From Chiloscyllium plagiosum (Eukaryota), in contig NW_025215371.1 in the NCBI RefSeq assembly GCF_004010195.1, positions 62,001 to 126,000 on the forward strand: a DNA stretch of 64,000 nucleotides, read 5' to 3'. The notes under the pieces were generated by a model that saw only the letters and a list, made by a program, of their open reading frames with translations, searched no databases and was not told where the DNA came from. A program made the position numbers and the translations under genes. This document shows positions 1 through 12,605 of this stretch, piece after piece. How positions within the stretch are numbered: position 1 is the stretch's first letter; the number at the start of each line of letters is the position of its first letter.

Positions 1-350
1 GGCATGAACAAACAGTTGAACACAGTAGATATGACAAAGACAATGGGCCCTCACACCATTCCTGCAAAAGGACTGAAGACCTGTGCTGCACAACAAGCAG
101 TGTCCCTGGGGATCCTGCTTCATTCCAGCTTTAACTCTGGCATCTACCTCGCAATGTGGAAAATTACTCAACTATACAACGTTCCCTAACAGGAGAATAA
201 TTACAATCTAACCGATTACCACACCCTCAGTCGCATCACGATAATCAAATTGGTGGGATTTCTTTTTGACAGAGCTGCCAAGCAGCACAGAAATAACCAG
301 CTCAGCGTGGTTTCCGATTCGTCCCTATGTGGAGTTTGTTCTGATGTGGA
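1..350 (+). mobile_element. Degenerate non-LTR retrotransposon ORF2 (RT-proximal) fragment, CR1/L2-group
   Basis: ORF 4..189 reads TMGPHTIPAKGLKTCAAQQAVSLGILLHSSFNSGIYLAMWK, matching the GPD.IP..LK.C...LA..L..LF..S...G..P..WK LINE motif; it is followed by NYH.LS. Confidence 0.75.
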
Positions 351-354
351 AATG

Positions 355-610
355 TCACTAAATTACTAATCCAGACCATGATAATGCTCTGGCAGCTGGT
401 AGAAGTTAAAAACAATGCATAAAATAGCGAGTTCTAAAATCTGGATTCATTAACCTGACGTGACATTGAAGCCAATGCCTATTGTAAACACCAATTTGTT
501 TCGCCAAAGTACTTTGAGGAAGAAAATCTCCCAGGCCTTCCTGGCCTGGCCTGAAAGTGACACTGGACTCACAGACATGTGATAATCTCTTCAATAGTGT
601 ACGAACCAGC
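355..610 (+). mobile_element. Old SINE relic resembling the Deu-domain SINEs
   Basis: Sequence such as actttgaggaagaaaatctccc...cctggcctggcct...gtgacactggactcacag resembles the Deu-SINE core; a paralogous copy lies at about 31250-31500 on the minus strand. Confidence 0.45.
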
Positions 611-899
611 CAAGAAATACACTTAGTTGTATCAAACTGTTCCGATATCTTAAAAGATAAAACCGGACAGAACACCCGAAATCATCGTCGGAAAATGGAA
701 TGGGAAAAAGAGTCCTGTAGACTCGCTGATACCTCCTTCCTCACATATGAGAGCTTGTGACAATATATGTAAAGCTTTCCCGCAGACTGCACAGAAACAT
801 TGCTGTTGTCATTCAAAACATGGAGCCTTCCCGATGTGAGGGTTTATGTGAGAATACCACCTCAATGCACTTTACCCACACAATGTACATACACCTTAA

Positions 900-3400
900 T
901 ATGATTAACCCCCCTAACAATATAAAATAGAAACTGCATTGATCTCTTTGAACCATTAATTTTCCACCAAATTCAAACCTGATGGCTGATGCTCCATCTC
1001 CACACCATACTCCCGCTCTCTCCCTCCAATGTATAGAATTTTTTTTTACATTCGGATTCCACAAACTTATGTGGGAAAGAATTTTCCAGGATCACCAGTC
1101 TCTAAGTGCAGACATTTATTGTCACATCAATACAGAGTGACCTGCCTGTACCTAATACTGTGGCCTCTTGTTTTAGATGTTCCAGTAACACTATCATTCC
1201 GCTCTCTAACCTGTGTCGCCCTGTCAGAGTTTTATATATTTTACTGAGATCTCCAGTCATTTTCATGAAATACAGCCCCAGTCACCCAACACTCTGCTCC
1301 GACAACAAGCCTGTCATCCCAGAGATCAGTCCAGTCATCCTTTGATGCATTCCTTCAATGTTAGGTTTGTCCTTTATTAGGTAAGGAGACCAAAACTGCA
1401 CATAATAATTCACAATGTTGGACATGTTGCCTCAACGAGGCCCTGTACAGCTGCAGCAAGTCACCGTTACTCATGTACTCAAATCCCGTTGAAACCAAGT
1501 TCAACACACCATTTACCTTACTACCTGCTTTCTGTTCCTGCAATGTTGCTTTCAGTGCTTGGTGCACAGGGAGAGACATGTCATTTACAATGTTACATCT
1601 ACCCACTTGGGTCGATATCAACTGGGAAATGTGCCAATGCCATTCCCGGTACTGACTTCTGGCTTCAGAACACACTGCCCTGTACAGACTTCAGAGATCT
1701 AGACAAAAGGAAACAAAAACGGATCATAATTCCCTTTTTCAATCAGCGTGTTCAACCGATCCCTTTTCAAATGGTAGGCTTCCGTTCTACTGTTTTCACC
1801 AAAATACACAGCGGCACATCTAAACAAATTGCTCATCATCTGCCCGTGTTTGCCCATTCAATCCACTTGTCGCAATATCCTTGAAGATGTTTTACACCCT
1901 CCTCACCCACTCACAATCCAACATCATTCAGTGCCATCAGCAGATTTGGGAATACTGCGTTTGATTCACTCAATTAAGTGTTTGAGAACTATTTAGAGTA
2001 GCTGGGACTCAAGGACTGATCCCTGTGATACCCCACATACTTCTATTTCAAAAAATAATCCTTTTAATCCTATACTTCGTTTCCTGTCAGCTCTCTCATT
2101 CTAAAACCATGTTCATGTATTAGCTCCATTCCCACAAGGTTTGATTTTGCACACTAGGCTTGGGACTTTAACAAAAATCTTTCTGAAAACCCAAATGCAC
2201 TGCACCCATTCTTCTCCATAATGTATCGGGCAGTCAGTTTCTCAAAGATAATCCCGACTTCATAAATCTATGTTGACTTTGTCTATATCTGTTACTTGCA
2301 ATGCCAACAGGTTCTCGCAAATCGTTTATTTACAAACGTCATTCTATTCTTCTTTTCTCTCTCCAGGGTTATGCTTTCTAGTCTTACTGGAAGATTCTTT
2401 TTTCGTTTGGTTTCTTCTGTGAAGATACAACTGAAGTAGTTTATCCATAGTTCTGCTATTTCCCTGTTCGATATTCTCCATTCTCTGGTTTCAGACTATC
2501 TGGAAGCTGCACCTGTTTTCTCTAACCTTTCCTATTGACAGTTCACTCTTATAACTCCTGTCAATGTACATTTCAGAAACTCATCAATTCCTATCTCAAG
2601 TTTCTCAATGATTGACCTTCCACAATCATATAATCATAGAAACAAAGACATTATACCGTCAGAAACATAGCTCGACTTACATTACTCCCACTTTCCTGTA
2701 CCAGGCCTGTAGCCGTGAATGTCAAGGAACTTCAAGTTCTGATCCAAGTACTGGTGAGAGTTGAGAGTTTACGGGTGACGACTCCCCTCTGAAAATGGTC
2801 ATTCCAGAACCCAACACCCTTTGGGTGAAAAACGATCCTCAAATCCGCACTGAACCTCAAACCCTTCAGTTTAAAAGTGTTCCACCCTGTTCTTTAACCT
2901 TTGACTAAAAGGAACAGCTGTTCTCTATCCACCTTGTCCATGCTCCTCGTAATGTTATCGTTGTGAACCACGTCCCTCTCAGACTGATCTGCACCAAAGT
3001 AAACAGCCCGAGCTTATTTTGGATATAACTTGCCAGGTTACGCTTGATACCATCATATTTTATGTTATTTGTCAGTTTCCCCGCGGGGCTTTGTCAAAGG
3101 ACTTGCTGAGAAACTATAAAGATGGACTCCTTGAAAAACTTCAAGACAATCATTGGGCATGACTTCCCTCTGGTAAAGCCATACTGAACATCCATGATAA
3201 AATATTACCTATCTAATGGAGATCAATTGTCTCCTTCCCTATTTTCTCCAATAGTACCCCTAACAATGAACTCATATTCACTGGTCGAGTATTCCCTGTT
3301 CTATCTGCACCAAACCTCCAGTAAAGAAGAAACGTATCAGTCCTGTGGTATTTCTCCTGTGACCAAATTCCACTTAAAAACTTGGGTCAAGGCCTTTCCT
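900..3400 (-). mobile_element. Several heavily decayed CR1 LINE ORF2/3' fragments
   Basis: Reverse-complement CR1 hallmarks (taaggagaccaaaactgcaca, gatccctg...acccca, catagaa-type tail near 2630); ORF 1361..1675 is a decayed RT C-terminus. Confidence 0.7.
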
Positions 3401-3466
3401 CCTTTGTCTCCAACAGCAAGTGGGCATAAAACTCACCCGGACGACTTGTACACTTTTATACCAACC

Positions 3467-3763
3467 ATTTTGCCGGAGGAGCGAGGAACGAAGGAGGAGT
3501 GAAGCAAGGGCTGCCTGGAAGGCGAGGTTTTCCCGCATAAAAAGGGACTTAGCTCGAGAGTGGAGCCTACATTTTGCCAGAGCGGCAAGAAGAGACGGAG
3601 GAGAGAAGCGAGGGCTGCTAGGAAGGGTAGGTTTTCCCGCATAAAAATGTACTTACCTCGGGAGTCGGGCCTACATTTTGCTAGAGCGGCGAGGAGAGAA
3701 GGAGGAGAGAAGCGAGGGCTGCCGGTAAGGGTAGGTTTCCCCGCATAAAAAGGGACTTACCTC
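3467..3763 (+). repeat. Tandem repeat, 104-bp unit x about 3, related to the CR1 5' UTR at 5489
   Basis: ATTTTGC starts at 3467, 3571 and 3675; a fourth related unit starts at about 5490 and runs into the CR1 5' UTR. Confidence 0.85.
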
Positions 3764-3904
3764 ATGTTTCGGGTAGTATATCCTCCATTTTCTGTGGCTC
3801 CACACAAAGACCGCCTTGCAGATCTTGCAGGGGCCCTATTCTGGCTCTAGGTACTGTTTTGTTCTTAATATATTTGTTAAATCCCTTTGGATTGTCATTA
3901 ATTA

Positions 3905-5488
3905 TGTGATATTTGTATCATCGATCGTCACAGGTGAGGTGTCGGAAGAGTAGAGGTTGGCAAACGTGGTGCCACTGCTTAAGAAGGGCGGTAAAGACAA
4001 GCCACTGAACTATAGACCGGTGAGCCTGACCTCAGTGGTTGGCAAGTTACTGGAGGGAATCCTGAGGGACAAGATGTACATGTATTTGGAAAGACAAGGA
4101 CTGATTAGGAATAGTCATCATGGCTTTGTGCGTGGGAAATCATGTCTCCCAACCTGTTTGAGTTTTTTGAAGAAGCAACAAAGGTTGAAGAGGGCAGAGT
4201 TGTAGATGTGATCTACATGGACTTCATTGAGGCGTTCGACAAGGTTACCCATGGGAGACTGATTAGCAAGGTTAGATCTCATGGAATACAGGGAGAATTA
4301 GCCATTTGGTTACAGAACTGGCTCAAAAGTAGAAGACAGACGTTGGTGTGGAGGGTTGTTGTTCTGACTGGAAGCCTATGACCAGTGGAGTGCCACAAGG
4401 ATCGGTGCTGGGTCTTCTACTTTTTGTCATTTACATAAATGATTTGGATGAGAGCATATGATGAACAGTTAGAAAGTTTGCAGATGACACCAAAATTGGA
4501 GGTGTAGTGGACAGCGGAGAGGGTTACCTCAGATTAAAACAGGGTCTGGACCAGATGGGCTAAAGGGCTGAGAAGTGGCAGATGGAGATTAATTCAGATA
4601 AATGCGAGGTGCTGCATTTTGGGAAAGCAAATCTCAGCAGGACTTATACAATTAATAGTAAGGTCTAAGGGAGTGTTGCCCTTCCTTCAACAGCAAGTGG
4701 GCATGAAACTCACCCAGACGACTTGTACAATTTTAAAACAACCATTTTGCCGGAGCGGCAAGAAGCGAAGGTTCATAGCTCCTTGAAAGCGGAGTCGCAG
4801 GTAGATAGAATAGTGACGAAGGCGTTTGGTATGCTTTCCTTTATTGGTGAGAGTATTGAGTACAGGTGTTGGTAGGTCATGTTGCGGTTGTACAAGACAT
4901 TGGTTAGGCCACTGTTGGAATATTGCGTGCAATTCTGATCTCTTTCCTATCGGAAAGATGTTGTGAAACTTGAAAGGGTTCAGAAAAGATCCATAGGGAT
5001 GTTGCCAGGGTTGGAGGATTTGAGCTTTAGGGAGAGGCTAAACAGCCTGGGGCTGTTTTCCCTGGAGCGTCGAAGGCTGAGGGGTGACCTTATAGAGGTT
5101 TACAAAATTATGAGGGCCATGCATAGTATAAATAGACAATGTCTTTTCTCTGAGATTGGGGAGTCCAGAACTAGAGGGCATAGGTTTAGGGTGAGAGGGG
5201 AAAGATATAAAAGAGGCCTAAGGTGCAACGTTTTCACGCAGAGGGTGGTACGTGTGTGGAATGAGCTGCCAGAGGATGTGGTAGAGACTGGTACAATTGC
5301 AACATTTAAGAGGCATTTGGATGGGTATATGAATATGAAGGGTTTGGAGGGATATGGGCCGGGTGCTGGCAGGTGGGACTAGATTGGGTTGGGATATCTG
5401 TTCGGCATGGGCAGATTGGACCCAAGGGTCTATTTCCATGCTGTGCATCTCTATTTCCATGCTGTGCATCTTTTTGACTCTATGACTC
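3905..5488 (+). mobile_element. 5'-truncated CR1 LINE (RT domain plus 3' UTR), disrupted
   Basis: [64 protein letters not shown]...LFSLERRRLRGDLIEVYKIM; tail ctctatgactc. Confidence 0.95.
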
Positions 5489-8400
5489 CAATTTGCCAGA
5501 GCGGTGAGGTGAGAAGGAGGAACAAAGCGAGAGCTGCCGGGAAGGTAAGGGCTTAATTTATATTTGGGCAGTGGCCGAAAACGGAAATCTCGGATGGTAT
5601 GTTGCATCCCAGGTGCTCGTGTCGGGATGTCACTGATCACCTGCAGTACATTATTAAAGCGGAGGGTGAACAGCCAGTTGCCTTGATGCATATCGACACC
5701 AACGATATAAGTAGAAAGCGAGATGATATCCTGAAAGAAGAATTCAGGGATTTAGGAGAGAACGTAAAGGGGAGGACCTCAAAGGCAGTGATCTCGAGAT
5801 TACTACCAATGCCACGTGCTAGCCAGCGGAGAAATGAAACTATAGGCAGAATGAACACATAGCTTGAGAGATAGTGTATGAGGGAGGTGTTCAGATTTGT
5901 TGGACGTTGGGACCGGTTCTAGGGATTACAAAAGGAACGGTCAACATCTGAACAAGACCAGAACTAATGTCCTTGGGGGAGTTTTTGCAACTGCTGTTGG
6001 GGAGGTTTTAAACTAATGTAGCAGGAGACTGGGAACCAGAAGAGAAAACAAGTAGGCAGCGAAGTGGAGACTGGAGACACTAAGAATTATGAAGATAACA
6101 TGAATAAAGGGAAGAATATGCAGAGAGCAGGTGAGAGCAAAATAACTGGTGGCCTGAAATTCATCTAATTTAAGGCAAGGAGTGTCGTGTTTAAGGCTGA
6201 CGAACTTAGGGCTTGGATTAGTGCCTGGGAGTATGACATTATTGCCATTACAGAGACTTGGTTGAAGGAAGGGCATGATGTTTGGCAAATAAATGTTCCA
6301 GGATATAGGCGCTTCAGACAGAATAGGGAGGGAAGTAAAGGAGGGGGTGGAGTTGCATTGCTGGTCAGGGACCATATCACTGCTGTGATAAATGAGGAAA
6401 CTATGACGGTCTTGTGTACTATCACATTACGGGTGGAGCTTAGAAATAAGAATGTTGCAGTTACATTGTTGGGGCTGTATTACAGACCTCCCAACAGTCA
6501 GCGTGAAGTAGCAGAACAAATAGGTAAGCAGATTATGAATAAAAGTAGAGGCAATGGGGTATTGGTGATGGGAGATTTTAATTTTCCCAACATTGACTGG
6601 GATACACTTAGCGTCAAAGGTCTGGATGGAGTAGAATTTATTCGAAGCGTCCAGGAGAGTTTTCTAAAGCACTATGTCAATAGTCCGACGAGGGAAGGGT
6701 CAATATTGGACCTGGTACTGGGGAACGAGCCAGGGCAAGTGGTAGAATTTGCAATGGTGCATTTCTTTGGGAACAGTGACCACAATTCCGTAAGTTTTAG
6801 AATACTCGTAGATAAGAAAAAGAGTTGTCCTAAGGGAAGAGTACTAAACGGGGCCAAGGCCAATTATGTCAAAATTAGGCAGTAGCTGGGAGATGTGGAT
6901 TGGACACAGCTATTTGAAGGAAGTCCTCATTTGAGATGCGGGAGGCTTTCAAAGATAGGTTAACAGTAATGCAGGATAGGTATGTCCCGTTGAAGGCAAA
7001 GGATAGGAAGAGCAAGATTCATGAACCGTGGATGACAGCAGAAATTGTACGACGAGCCAATGAAAAGGGAGGCGTACATAAGGTCTAGGCAGCTAAGAAC
7101 AGAACAGGCCCTGGAGGAATATCGGAAGCGTATGACAAGTCATAAACAAGGAATCAAGCGGACTAAAAGGGGTCATGAAATAGCTTTAGCAAGTAGAATT
7201 AAGGACAATCCCAAAACATGTTATTCTTATATAAGAAGCAAGCTGGTATCTGGAGAAAGGATTGATTCACTGGAAGATAATGAAGGAAGGCTGCGTGCCG
7301 TAACTGAGAGAATGAGTGAGATTCTGAATGATTACTTTGTATCAGTGTTCACTGAGGAGGGGAAAATGACGAATCTTGAGATGAGAGATAGACGTTGATT
7401 AGTCTGGATCACGTTGTCATAAGTCGGGAAGATGTGTTGGGTACGTTAAAGAATATTAAGGTGGACAAGTCCCGAGGACTGGAGGGGATCCATCCCAGGT
7501 TGAAGATGGAGGCGAGAGAGGAAATAACTGGGGCCCTGACAGATATCTTTGTTGCATCCTTAAATACAGGTGAGGTGTTGGAGGACTAGAAGGTTGCTCA
7601 TGTTGTCCCGCTGTACAAGAACCGTAGTAGGGATATTCCGGGTAACTACAGAGCAGTGAGCCTGACGTCGGTTTTGGGCAAGTTGCTGGAGAAGGTACTG
7701 AGAGATGCGATCTATTGACATTTAGAAAAGAATGAGCTTATCAGTGATCGGCAACATGGTTTTGTGCGGGGTGGATCGTGCCTTACCAACTTAATAGAGT
7801 TCTTTGAGGAAGTAACCAATTTGTTTGATGAAAGAAGGACTGTTGATGTCATATACATAGACTTTAGTGAGGCGTTTGAAAAGATTCTCCATTGTAGACT
7901 AATGGAGAAAGTGAAGTCACATGGTGGGCAGGTGTTGTGGCGAGGTGGAAAAAGAACTGGTTGAGCAACAGGAGACAGAGAGTAGGAGATGAAGGGAGTT
8001 TCACGAAATGAAGAACGTTGATCAATTGGGGCCACTGTTGTTTGTAATATACATAAATGATCGAGAAGAGGGCAATGTCTGTCTGATCAGCAAGTTTTCA
8101 GATGATACAAAGATTGATGGAGTAGCAGAAAGCATATGGGACGGTCAGAGAATACAGAAGGATATAGATAAGCTGGAGAATTGGGCGGAAACGTGACAGG
8201 TGGCATTCACTCCAGACAAACGTGAGGTGATGCATTTAGGCAAGTCTAATTCTAGAGCGGATTATACAATAATGGAGCAGACTTAGGAAAAGTTGATGGG
8301 CAGAGAGATCTGGGAGTGCAGGTCCATTGATCCCTGAAGGTTGCTGCACAGGTTGATAGAGTGGTCAAGAAGGCATACAGTATGCTTGCCTTCCTTGGAC

Positions 8401-9018
8401 GGGGTATTGAGTCGAAGAGCTGGCAAGTCATGTTAAAATTGTACAAGACGTCGGTTCGGTCGCAATGAGAATACTGTGTACAGTTCTGGTCTTCAAATTA
8501 CCAAAAGGATGTGGACGCTTTGGAGAGGGTGCAGAGAACGTTTACGAGGATGTTGCCTGGTATGGAAAGTACTAGCTATGAATAGAGGTTGAGAAGGTTA
8601 GGTTTATTTTCATTTAAAAAAAAAAGAAATTGAGGATGGACCTAATTGAGGCTTACAAAATCATGAAGGTTATAGACAGGGTGGATAGAGGCAAACTTTT
8701 ACCGAGGGTGAAGGATTCAATAACGAGAGGTTATGCTTTCAAGGTGAGAGGTGGAAAATTTACGGGGAATGCACGCTGCAAATACTTCACACAGAGGGTG
8801 GTGGGCGTTTGGAACGCGTTGCCAGCAGAGGTGGTAGAGGCAGGCACGGTAGATTCATTTAAGATGTGTTTAGACAGTTGCATCTGAAGGTGGGGAGCAG
8901 AGGGATACAAATGCTTAGGAATTGACAGATAGGTTTTGATACTACATTATGTTCGGCTCAGGCTGGGACGGGCGAAGGGTCTGTTCCTGGGCTATAAATT
9001 TTCTTTGTTCTTTGTTCT
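5489..9018 (+). mobile_element. Near full-length decayed CR1 LINE: partial ORF1 esterase, ORF2 APE endonuclease plus RT
   Basis: HIDTNDI (ORF1 SGNH-like); IAITETWL, YYRPPN, VMGDFNFP, ILDLVL, SDHN in ORF 6187..6885; RT motifs 7570-8200; tail ttctttgttctttgttct. Confidence 0.95.
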
Positions 9019-9360
9019 AAAACCATCAATCCCCGCTCACACCTGATATCAATCTTCTCAAGAGCTTCATAGTCCATCTTCTCGAATTCTGCACCTGCCT
9101 CTTCCTTCTCCCAAATAAAACAGATGTGAAGCTCTGAGTACCAATATATCAATGTTTTCCAGGTTCACACACAGATTGGCCCCTTGGTTTGTAATGAGTT
9201 CTAATTCTTCCCTGACAATATTATTCTGCTTGATGTCCTTGTGGTATATCTTGGAATTCTCCCGAATGTTGCCTGCTCACACTACACCATGTCCCTGTGT
9301 TAGTCAGTCAGCTCTGTGTGAATTTTCTCGGCTTCATTAAGATTATTGCTCATTGGTTGA

Positions 9361-9750
9361 AACTCTAAAGTGTGGTGCTGGAAAAGCACAGCCAGGCAGC
9401 ATCTGAAGAGCAGGATAATGGACGTTTCGAAAATCAGCTCTTCACTCGGAATGAGTGTGCCGGTGGGGGTGGGGGGGTGCGAGGGAATGTATAGGGCTGG
9501 CGGGAAGTAAAGTGGGAATAAGAGACTACACCCTCTGCTCCAACCTATAACCATCACGCCAAACCTTCATCTAACTTTTGCATTCCCAGCTACCTTGCTC
9601 TCATCCCCACCCCTTCATATTTATTTCGCAGACCACTTGGGCCACCCCTATTTAATGATGAAGAACGTATGCTCGAAAGTTTGATTCTCCTGCTCCTGGG
9701 ATGCTGATTGACCGGCTGCAGCCTTTCCAGCACCATACTCTTCAACTCTA
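9361..9750. mobile_element. Fold-back (inverted) Penelope terminal-repeat insertion within an old CR1 relic
   Basis: tggtgctggaaaag near 9374 is mirrored by ctttccagcacca near 9723; AACTCTA occurs at both ends. Confidence 0.7.
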
Positions 9751-9959
9751 GGGAACACAGATCGAGTTCCCTCATCAGACAACCTTGCCATTTGAGGGAT
9801 TAATCTGGAGAATGCCCATTCAGTATATGTGATCAGTATCGTCTTCCTCATATCAGAACACCAAAACTTTAAACAGTATTCCAGATACAGTCTCAACAAT
9901 GCTATGTGTAAGTGATCCAGGACTTATTTACTTTCAGTCGCAATTATCATAAAGTTGGT

Positions 9960-10579
9960 CATTTTTTTCGAAAAGCTGTTCCTTGGTTCAAGGAGACTCT
10001 GTCCTTGATATTGTTTTCAAATGGGAAACAAACTGGGCTGAGCTCGAATCAATCTGGTTTGGTACAGAGATGAACACAATTTTGAGAGGCCGTCTGTTTA
10101 TGTTCAAACTGATGAGACTTCAGGTCAAAGTAGTCATGCTTTAGAGGTGACCTGTAAAATGAATGGGGAACGGTCAGCTCTCTAGCTCATTGAACTGAGC
10201 TGGTTTTCAGTTGAGTATTGAACTGAGAAGTTCAACAGAGAGCTGTATGGAAACTCTCTCTCCTTCTGCCTTCCACTTCAAACAGTAAGCACTTGTTTTT
10301 AAAGGGAATTTTCTTATTGGGACTGTTGTGTGTATTCAGAACAGCATAATTATTTATAGCTTGATAGTTTGAGTTCTGTAGGTGTTCTTTATTCTGTTCG
10401 TTGTGTTTCATTGTACAATTTTGTGGATAAATGTTTTGTCTTTTTAAAACATCTAGTAGTCAACCAAGCTATCTTACTCTGGGTAATTTTCTTTGTACAC
10501 TTACTAAAACAAATTGCAAAGTTAGATCGAAGACTGCCTGCTTAAGAACGATTTGAGTGATCTGGCCGAGTCCATAACA
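9960..10579 (+). mobile_element. 5' LTR of a Gmr1-like Gypsy retrotransposon (5' edge approximate)
   Basis: Ends CATAACA at 10579, followed directly by a PBS and gag. Confidence 0.7.
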
Positions 10580-10582
10580 GAT

Positions 10583-10604
10583 TGGGACTTGTCCGGGATT
10601 TGAA
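10583..10604 (+). promoter_or_regulatory. Primer-binding site, tRNA-Pro type
   Basis: tgggacttgtccgggatttgaa resembles TGGGGGCTCGTCCGGGATTTGAA, the complement of the tRNA-Pro 3' end. Confidence 0.75.
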
Positions 10605-10677
10605 AAGGAGAGTGGTAGGTGCTCTAATCTTTATGTCTGGTGCTGGTTTGTTTGTGTAGACAAAGCTTGAGATACTA

Positions 10678-12290
10678 ATAGCTCTTTCAGTCGCCAAAGG
10701 TTTTCTGAATGTAAATGTAGTATCTTTGAAAGGTTTGCAAAAAGTGAGTAAGACAAAGTTGCAAGAATGAACAGAGAAGCTGGAATTGGAGCTGCCTGAT
10801 TCTGTGAGGAAGGGAGAGATAATTACAGCAGTGGCTCAGCATTTCAACTTGCTGGGGAAACCGTCAGAATGCCAGACATGGCAAGAATTCAATTGCAAAT
10901 GAAGCAGCTTGAGTTGGAGGTGAGAGATAATAAAAGGGCAGCAGAAATGAAACAGCTTGAGTTGGAGGTGAGACATAATAAAAGGGCAGCAGAAATGAAG
11001 CAGCTTGAGTTGGAGGTGAGAGATAATAAAAGGGCAGCCAGAAATGAAGCAGCTTGAGTTGGAGGTGAGAGATAATAAAAGGGCAGCAGAAATGAAATAG
11101 GTTGAGTTACGATCATAAAAAGAAGAGAGGGAAAACTAGAGAGCTTTTAAACTTCAAAAACAGACACTTAAAAAAGGAAAGTCATCGCAATAGGCTCGAG
11201 ATAAAGGCTGTGGTCAGGCTTAGTGAGGAAGAGAGTGAGGATGAGCAAGTACCTGATAGTAAGAAGCCCGGTGAGAAACTGCTCACGTATGTTCAAGCAT
11301 TGCCTAAATTTGATGAGAAGAATGTGGAAGCCTTTTTCATATCATTTGAAAAGGTGGCTAAACAAAAGTAGTGCCCATTGTTAATGTGGGTTTTTTTGAT
11401 CCAAATGAGACTTTTAGGTAGGGCTAATGAGGTTTTCGCAGAACTATCACAGGATGTATCTGGGGAGTATGGGGAGGTGAAAAAAAAAACACCTTTTAAG
11501 TGCATACGAGCTTGTACCAGAATCTGAGGAGGGACCCATGTCAAACATATTTGAGTTTGGAAGGATCACACAGAGTAATTTCGATAAATGGATAAGAACT
11601 TTAAAAATCAAGCAAACCTATGATGCCTTTCGAGAGATAATTATTTTGGTGGAAATAAAAACATCACTGCCCGAAGTAATGCAAACTCATGTGGAAGAGC
11701 AGAGAGGTTAGCAGCTGAAGTGGCTGATGATTATGAGCTGATCCATAAAACTCGGTTTGGATTTCAGAATCAATTTTAGTCCACGAGGGAGAGAAATTGG
11801 GCAAAGATCAATCCTCAGGTGCAAAGGGAAAGGTAGATCTAAGTGAAGATCAAAAGGATAACTTACCACAGGATAAAAAGGAAACCTTTGAGGGGGGCAA
11901 GGAAGTTTAAAGACTCTGGTGATTTCATTGTAATAAAGTGCGTGAGGAGAAAACCAGACAAGGCTGGAAGTTTTGTTGGACTAGTAACAATATCAGGGGG
12001 GAAGTTAGACAACTGCCTGAGAGTGTATAAGATGATCAGAGATTGATTAAAAGGAAGAGCCAGATCTGAATAAAAAATGTGCATGCAAGAGTAAAGTTTA
12101 TTCACACAGGCCAGGAGTAGTATGTAAGAAGGTGATCATATTAAGGGACATGGAATCCTCTCAGTCTGTAATGCTGAGGGATGAGGACGCATGCACGTCT
12201 CAAGGACTTTTGTAAGATAAGGTACTGTTAACTGTAATTCATGGTAAGACAAAAAAGTGGTCAATTATGTAAAAGATTATGAAAATTCCC
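10678..12290 (+). mobile_element. Decayed Gmr1-like Gypsy gag (coiled coil plus SCAN-like domain) and protease relic
   Basis: LPKFDEKNVEAFFISFEKVA, FDKWIRTLKIKQTYDAFREIII..EIK.SLP, AAEVADDY; KVIILRDMESSQS near 12130 resembles the LRDTGASQS protease motif; many stops and frameshifts. Confidence 0.85.
10897..11108 (+). repeat. 48-bp tandem repeat x about 4.4 (MKQLELEVRDNKRAAE)
   Basis: Units start at 10897, 10945, 10993, 11042 and 11090 (partial); unit 3 has one extra base. Confidence 0.95.
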
Positions 12291-12605
12291 CAGATATGAA
12301 ATGCTGACTACGCTTTTTTGTTTCCTACAGATGCTAGGAGACCCAATAGGTTTTGCCAGCAGTTTCTCGCTTATCTAATTCCCTGTTGATATCAAGCACA
12401 AAGTTTCTCCTGCAGTTTTACCTTCGATGTTTAACTCCACCAGTATTTCTTCCACCTTGCTAGTTCTAATAACCAGCCAAACTAATTCTGTGTAATCTGG
12501 ACACTATGGTCTGTGCTGAGAATAATAGTAGGTTCAGCAAGATGCTTCCAGACGCCTTTCCTGATGTTAAGAAAATCTAGCTGCCTCTTGTGCATTCTTT
12601 TCAAG

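Noticed and set aside
3467..3763. Regular repeats (also 10897-11108 and 30866-31005) considered as CRISPR-like arrays
   Set aside because: These are head-to-tail tandem units without unique spacers, there are no cas genes, and the context is vertebrate TE sequence.
5429..5470. 21-bp tandem duplication
   Set aside because: Ordinary slippage in a CR1 3' tail.
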